From positions 1 to 36,297 of IMG/VR virus record IMGVR_UViG_3300044606_000119: a stretch of 36,297 nt of DNA. One strand, written 5' to 3'. Below the pieces are notes generated by a model. The model did no database searches. It was given only the letters and a program-made list of their open reading frames with translations, and was not told where the DNA came from. This document shows, in pieces, positions 32,795-36,297 of the stretch. Position 1 is the first letter of the stretch; every line of letters starts with the position of its first letter. The stretch comes from a virus (Duplodnaviria > Caudoviricetes). Position numbers and translations under genes: made by a program.

Positions 32795-34249
32795 TTAGTA
32801 CCCCGCCTCATCATCGAGAGCAAATGCAAAGGCTCCCTCGTCATGCTGGTGAGTAAAGAACTCATCGACCTCTTTGCGGTATTCAGAGACCGGCTGTGCA
32901 AACGTGAGATTATGCGCATCGGCGATGTTCGGGCTTGCGCCGTCAGCGCCGAGGCGTTTTTTCATCTCGTCTTTGGTCTCGATGCGGACCTTGCCGCTGC
33001 TGTTCAGTATCTGATAGCGCGGCGTGGTGAGCTGCCCGAGCAGTTCGTTGTCTGCGTTATCCCAGAGACGGCCCCGGCGCGACTCCAGCCAGTCGCGCAT
33101 GTTGCCCCAGAGCTCGTCGCGCAGGCGGTGATAGCGGCGATCATCAAGAGCCGGGCTTTCAGCGACATTGACCGGTATGACCGGATACCCCAGTTCTTCC
33201 AGCCGGTCGAAGACTCCAGCGCCAATGCCGATCACGTCGATGAATAGAGCGACCGGCTTCTGCTCGTTGGCGAGCTTGGCGATGTATCCGGCCGTTTCCA
33301 TGGTGCTTTTGTTCTTGAGGACGTGATAGGGGTGGAACATATCGCCTTGGCGTATGGCGATGACGGTATCGTCGCTGCCGTAGCGGGCGATATCGCAGCC
33401 GAAGACCTTGCCGTAGTCGCGCTGATCCGGGATGTCGCGCTGCAGGGCATCCTGAACCCATTCAAAGGGTATGTAGCTGTCGCCGTCGCGGTCAGGAAAA
33501 TCGCCCAGTACGCGGATTTTATACATATTGCTCTCGGTACCGTATTTTTTCGCGATGCGCTCCACTACGCGATCCGGAACCATGCCGCCTTTGCTCTCCA
33601 GATTGTCCAGACAGTTCCAGTGAATCAAGTGATATGCCGAGCTGGACGCATGGAATGCATCGTAAAACGTACCCGTGAGGTGCGTCGGGTTGCCACACAT
33701 CAGCTCTTTGGTCTCTTCCGTGCCGGTTGCGCCCTCGATGTACTCAAACGCGCCATCGAACACCGACGGAGCTTCATCGATAATGCGCATCACATAGCGG
33801 GCGTGAATACCGGCAAGGCTGCCGGGGTTGTCTTTGGTGGCGGTGCGGGCGGTGGCGAACCAGTGCGGATGATCCTTGTGGACAAAATGCGTCTTTTGCC
33901 AGATGAACATATCCCGAAACAGCGGATGCATCCGCTTGTGCCACATATTGAGCTCAGACCAGAGCACGTTGTAGAGCTGGTCCTTGGACGGCGAGGTGCA
34001 GAGCGTTTTGCTCTCGGGACGGGTGGCCATGTAATGCAGGATGAGCCAGCTTTCTGAAGCGCTTTTGCCGGTATTGATCCCGGATCGGATGCAGATGAAA
34101 TTGTGCTTGTCGAAGTCTTCCAGCAGCTGCAGCTGATTCGGTTTCGGGTTTGCGCCGATGATGTGCTTGACAAAACCGACCCGGTCGTCGAACAGTTCAC
34201 GGACAATTTCCGCGATGCGCCGGTCGGTCTCGACGGTGACGCGCGCCAT
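32795..34249 (-). CDS. terL: Terminase large subunit
   Basis: Walker A SGINTGKS, Walker B IIDEA, GNPT coupling motif, nuclease GCDIARYGSD and SPNIADA. Confidence 0.96.
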   Translation of the reverse strand: MARVTVETDRRIAEIVRELFDDRVGFVKHIIGANPKPNQLQLLEDFDKHNFICIRSGINTGKSASESWLILHYMATRPESKTLCTSPSKDQLYNVLWSELNMWHKRMHPLFRDMFIWQKTHFVHKDHPHWFATARTATKDNPGSLAGIHARYVMRIIDEAPSVFDGAFEYIEGATGTEETKELMCGNPTHLTGTFYDAFHASSSAYHLIHWNCLDNLESKGGMVPDRVVERIAKKYGTESNMYKIRVLGDFPDRDGDSYIPFEWVQDALQRDIPDQRDYGKVFGCDIARYGSDDTVIAIRQGDMFHPYHVLKNKSTMETAGYIAKLANEQKPVALFIDVIGIGAGVFDRLEELGYPVIPVNVAESPALDDRRYHRLRDELWGNMRDWLESRRGRLWDNADNELLGQLTTPRYQILNSSGKVRIETKDEMKKRLGADGASPNIADAHNLTFAQPVSEYRKEVDEFFTHQHDEGAFAFALDDEAGY

Positions 34250-34689
34250 CAGCTTGCAGCTCCGATTCTGGCGAGCTTGCCTGTTGCCTCCGCAGTGTGT
34301 TCGACCTGACGGGCCTTTTCGCGCTTGGCTGCTGCAATCTCCCGTGCTACGCCATCGAGTGTTGAAAGATAATCGAGCAGATTGCCCTGATCGCCATCGC
34401 CGATGGTCTTTTTGTCGGCAATGATCTTGTCGAGCGTCATCTCTTTCCAGACCTTGGCTGCCTTGACTCGATCGGCCAGCGATGCAGAGCGCTTGATCAT
34501 CACGCCGTTTTTGGAGTCGAGCACTTCGTCGTGCAGTTCGCCACGGATCACCCGCATGAGCATGTCGAGCACGGTCTGATAATCGCCGACCGTTTTGCAG
34601 CGCACGAGCTCGGAGAACTGTTCGTCGTTCATCAGAAGCTCTGCCACCGTAAGCTGTTCTGCTATGCGACCGCTGCCGTCTCCGCCCAT
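34249..34689 (-). CDS. Terminase small subunit (putative)
   Basis: Directly upstream of TerL with TGATG overlap; VLDMLMRVIRGE...DRVKAA helical pattern. Confidence 0.7.
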   Translation of the reverse strand: MGGDGSGRIAEQLTVAELLMNDEQFSELVRCKTVGDYQTVLDMLMRVIRGELHDEVLDSKNGVMIKRSASLADRVKAAKVWKEMTLDKIIADKKTIGDGDQGNLLDYLSTLDGVAREIAAAKREKARQVEHTAEATGKLARIGAAS

Positions 34690-34701
34690 GGTACCACCAA
34701 A

Positions 34702-34760
34702 TAGCAAGAAATTTACAATCTAGTTTGCTAAATTTTACACCGGAAAAACCCGTTTGTCAA
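34702..34760 (-). promoter_or_regulatory. Late-operon sigma70 promoter with downstream operator
   Basis: TTGACA (34755-60)-17 bp-TAAAAT (34732-37); shared motif at 34707-34722; TAGCAA/TTGCTA inverted repeat at 34702 and 34725. Confidence 0.75.
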
Positions 34761-35151
34761 TGAGTTTTTTGAGTCTCATAGCGGCACGCCAGATGCTTGA
34801 AGCATGGACGACAGTACGACACGCGCACAGCACCATGAGAAAAGCAGACGACTCTTGCATACGCAATAAAAAAGGCCGCGTCGCAAGGCCCAATAGCTCA
34901 AGCAGGTGGGACTCCACGCGATCGAAGGGGGGGAGGGGGGGGAGGGGTATCAGGGTCCGGTTTTCCCATCGGCATAATGCTGCCTGACCGGACTTGTAGC
35001 GCGCCCGCCTGATCGAGATATGCATCCTCGATCGCTGAATCCTGCCGGCCGAATCGCGCTCGATTATCATGCCAGCCGGTACGTCCAGACCGCCGAATCG
35101 CGCAGGCCTGATGGCAATCGATACCGCCTGAATATTGCCGGGAAACTGGTG

Positions 35152-35250
35152 CTGCTGATCTGTAATCAGCAGGCATCTTGGTAAAAAGCACTGAATAATC
35201 AGATTGTTGCAATAACCAACCGCCTTTTGCATACCGTTTTGCTGACCGCC
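35152..35250 (+). other. Secondary att-like site (core, IHF-like site, two arm repeats)
   Basis: 32/45 ungapped identity of 35155-35199 to 7979-8023; arm-like TGCATACCG (35228) and TGCTGACCG (35240) at the same spacing as in attP. Confidence 0.55.
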
Positions 35251-35529
35251 CGCCTCAAAAAACCGCATCAATTTGGCTCCGGAAGATCGTACAGATCGCC
35301 AGCATCCGGACCGCAACAGCTATCGCCGTCACCAACATTTCGCGCGCCCGCGCGCTCATTTGAAAACCCCGCCGCCGCCGACTCCACCGCCCCGATCCGC
35401 GCGATCGCCGCCCCGTCGAGCGGGCCACGTCGGAGAAATGCCCGTATGCGCGAGCAGAGACCGCCCCTTTCAGCGGGTCCAGAGCCCACGGCAATCAAGG
35501 CATAGCGCACACACATGCATACCCCCATG

Positions 35530-36297
35530 TTATTTTTTTGCAGAAAAAAGATTATCGATTCTGGCTCTCAAATCCGAACGGCGCGGATCATCGCCCCGCA
35601 GCAGCCGAAGCTCGGAAGTCAGAGAAACAAACTCATCGTAGGACTGAACAGACCAAACATCAGCCGAAAGCAGATCAACAATCCGCTCCTTTGTCCTGAT
35701 TGCCTTACGCCGCTGCTGCTCCCGCTCTGGAGCCACACCAACCAACGACCGATACAAACCAGCAATATCATCCTGCAGTTCCCTTAAAAGGGCCTCTTTA
35801 CGCCGCGCATCCGAAGCAGATATCTCCCGATGATCCACCCAATCACGCCAATTCTGAAACCAGCTTTTCCCCGTCTTGGGACTTTTCCACGGATTCGCGG
35901 CCAGATGCGCAAGATAATTCGTGAGAGCCTGAGATATCGCAGACAAATCATCCTCCGAACAAACAGACTCACGGAACGCCTCCTCTGCCTCGGCCTTACC
36001 GTCTTTGAGCGGATACCGTTTCCAGAGCGTCTCGAAATCGACATAAAAATATATATATTTTTTTTTATTTTCTTTATTTTTCTTTATTGCAGTAATAGGA
36101 GCGTTACAGTTTTTTGAAACGATTATTTCAGAAATCTGAAACGAATCGTTACAGTTTTTTGAAACGGGCATTTCAGAAATCTGAAACGGCTCATCTGCTA
36201 ACCCATTGATATTGCTGCGATTACAGTTTTTTGAAACGGGCATTTCAGAAATCTGAAACGGCTCATCTGCTAACCCATTGATATTGCTGCGATTACA
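35530..36297 (-). CDS. Replication initiator, C-terminal part (full protein 364 or 388 aa depending on repeat copy number)
   Basis: In frame with 1..476; repeat-encoded linker, KKNKENKKK tract, FETLWKRYPLKDGKAEA domain. Confidence 0.88.
   Translation of the reverse strand, partial: CNRSNINGLADEPFQISEMPVSKNCNRSNINGLADEPFQISEMPVSKNCNDSFQISEIIVSKNCNAPITAIKKNKENKKKYIYFYVDFETLWKRYPLKDGKAEAEEAFRESVCSEDDLSAISQALTNYLAHLAANPWKSPKTGKSWFQNWRDWVDHREISASDARRKEALLRELQDDIAGLYRSLVGVAPEREQQRRKAIRTKERIVDLLSADVWSVQSYDEFVSLTSELRLLRGDDPRRSDLRARIDNLFSAKK
36044..36297. other. Replication origin: AT-rich melt region plus iterons inside the initiator gene
   Basis: AT-rich 36044-36088 next to a ~46-bp partial unit (36103) and 72-bp units (36149, 36221); lambda-ori-like layout. 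Confidence 0.8.

Noticed and set aside
35130-35200. Second tRNA gene (Thr-TGT-like hairpin GCTGA-TCTGTAA-TCAGC)
   Set aside because: No acceptor, D or T arms, and no U at position 33; treated as an att-core-like sequence instead.
34735-35528. ORFs between terS and the initiator (34735..35316, 34898..35212, 35255..35494, 35268..35528)
   Set aside because: Mutually overlapping, lacking clear SDs or motifs, and crossing the promoter and att-like elements. A short real gene at 35268..35528 cannot be excluded.

Overview
An apparently complete, circularly assembled temperate phage genome of about 36.1-36.2 kb; bases 36149-36297 repeat bases 1-149, and the junction falls inside the replication initiator gene and origin iterons. 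The early module (35.5 kb through the junction to 7.8 kb) has a lambda-O-type initiator, a Tad1-like anti-defence sponge, Xis, SSB, a CI-like switch, a second regulator and a tyrosine integrase. Next come a lambda-like attP (arm repeats, IHF sites, anticodon-loop-like core) and a complete tRNA-Thr(CGT). The minus-strand late region has podovirus-type order: TerS, TerL, portal, scaffold, N4-gp56-like capsid, tail fibre, adaptor, nozzle, GNAT, ejection proteins, a ~3164-aa polyvalent DarB-like protein and a lysis cassette. Highlights: (1) two SD-led, same-strand +1-frame genes nested inside the giant protein, each directly after an enzymatic domain (Zeta-like kinase; N6-adenine MTase); (2) a second, degenerate core+arm att-like site at ~35.15-35.25 kb that brackets the early module; (3) a likely disrupt-and-replace tRNA integration strategy; (4) a 16-bp motif shared by the late promoter, lysis promoter and attP; (5) a C4/CI-like structured leader with a terminator; (6) a tail-fibre homologue with a Sec signal peptide. 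All family calls come from motif recognition by eye; no searches were run.
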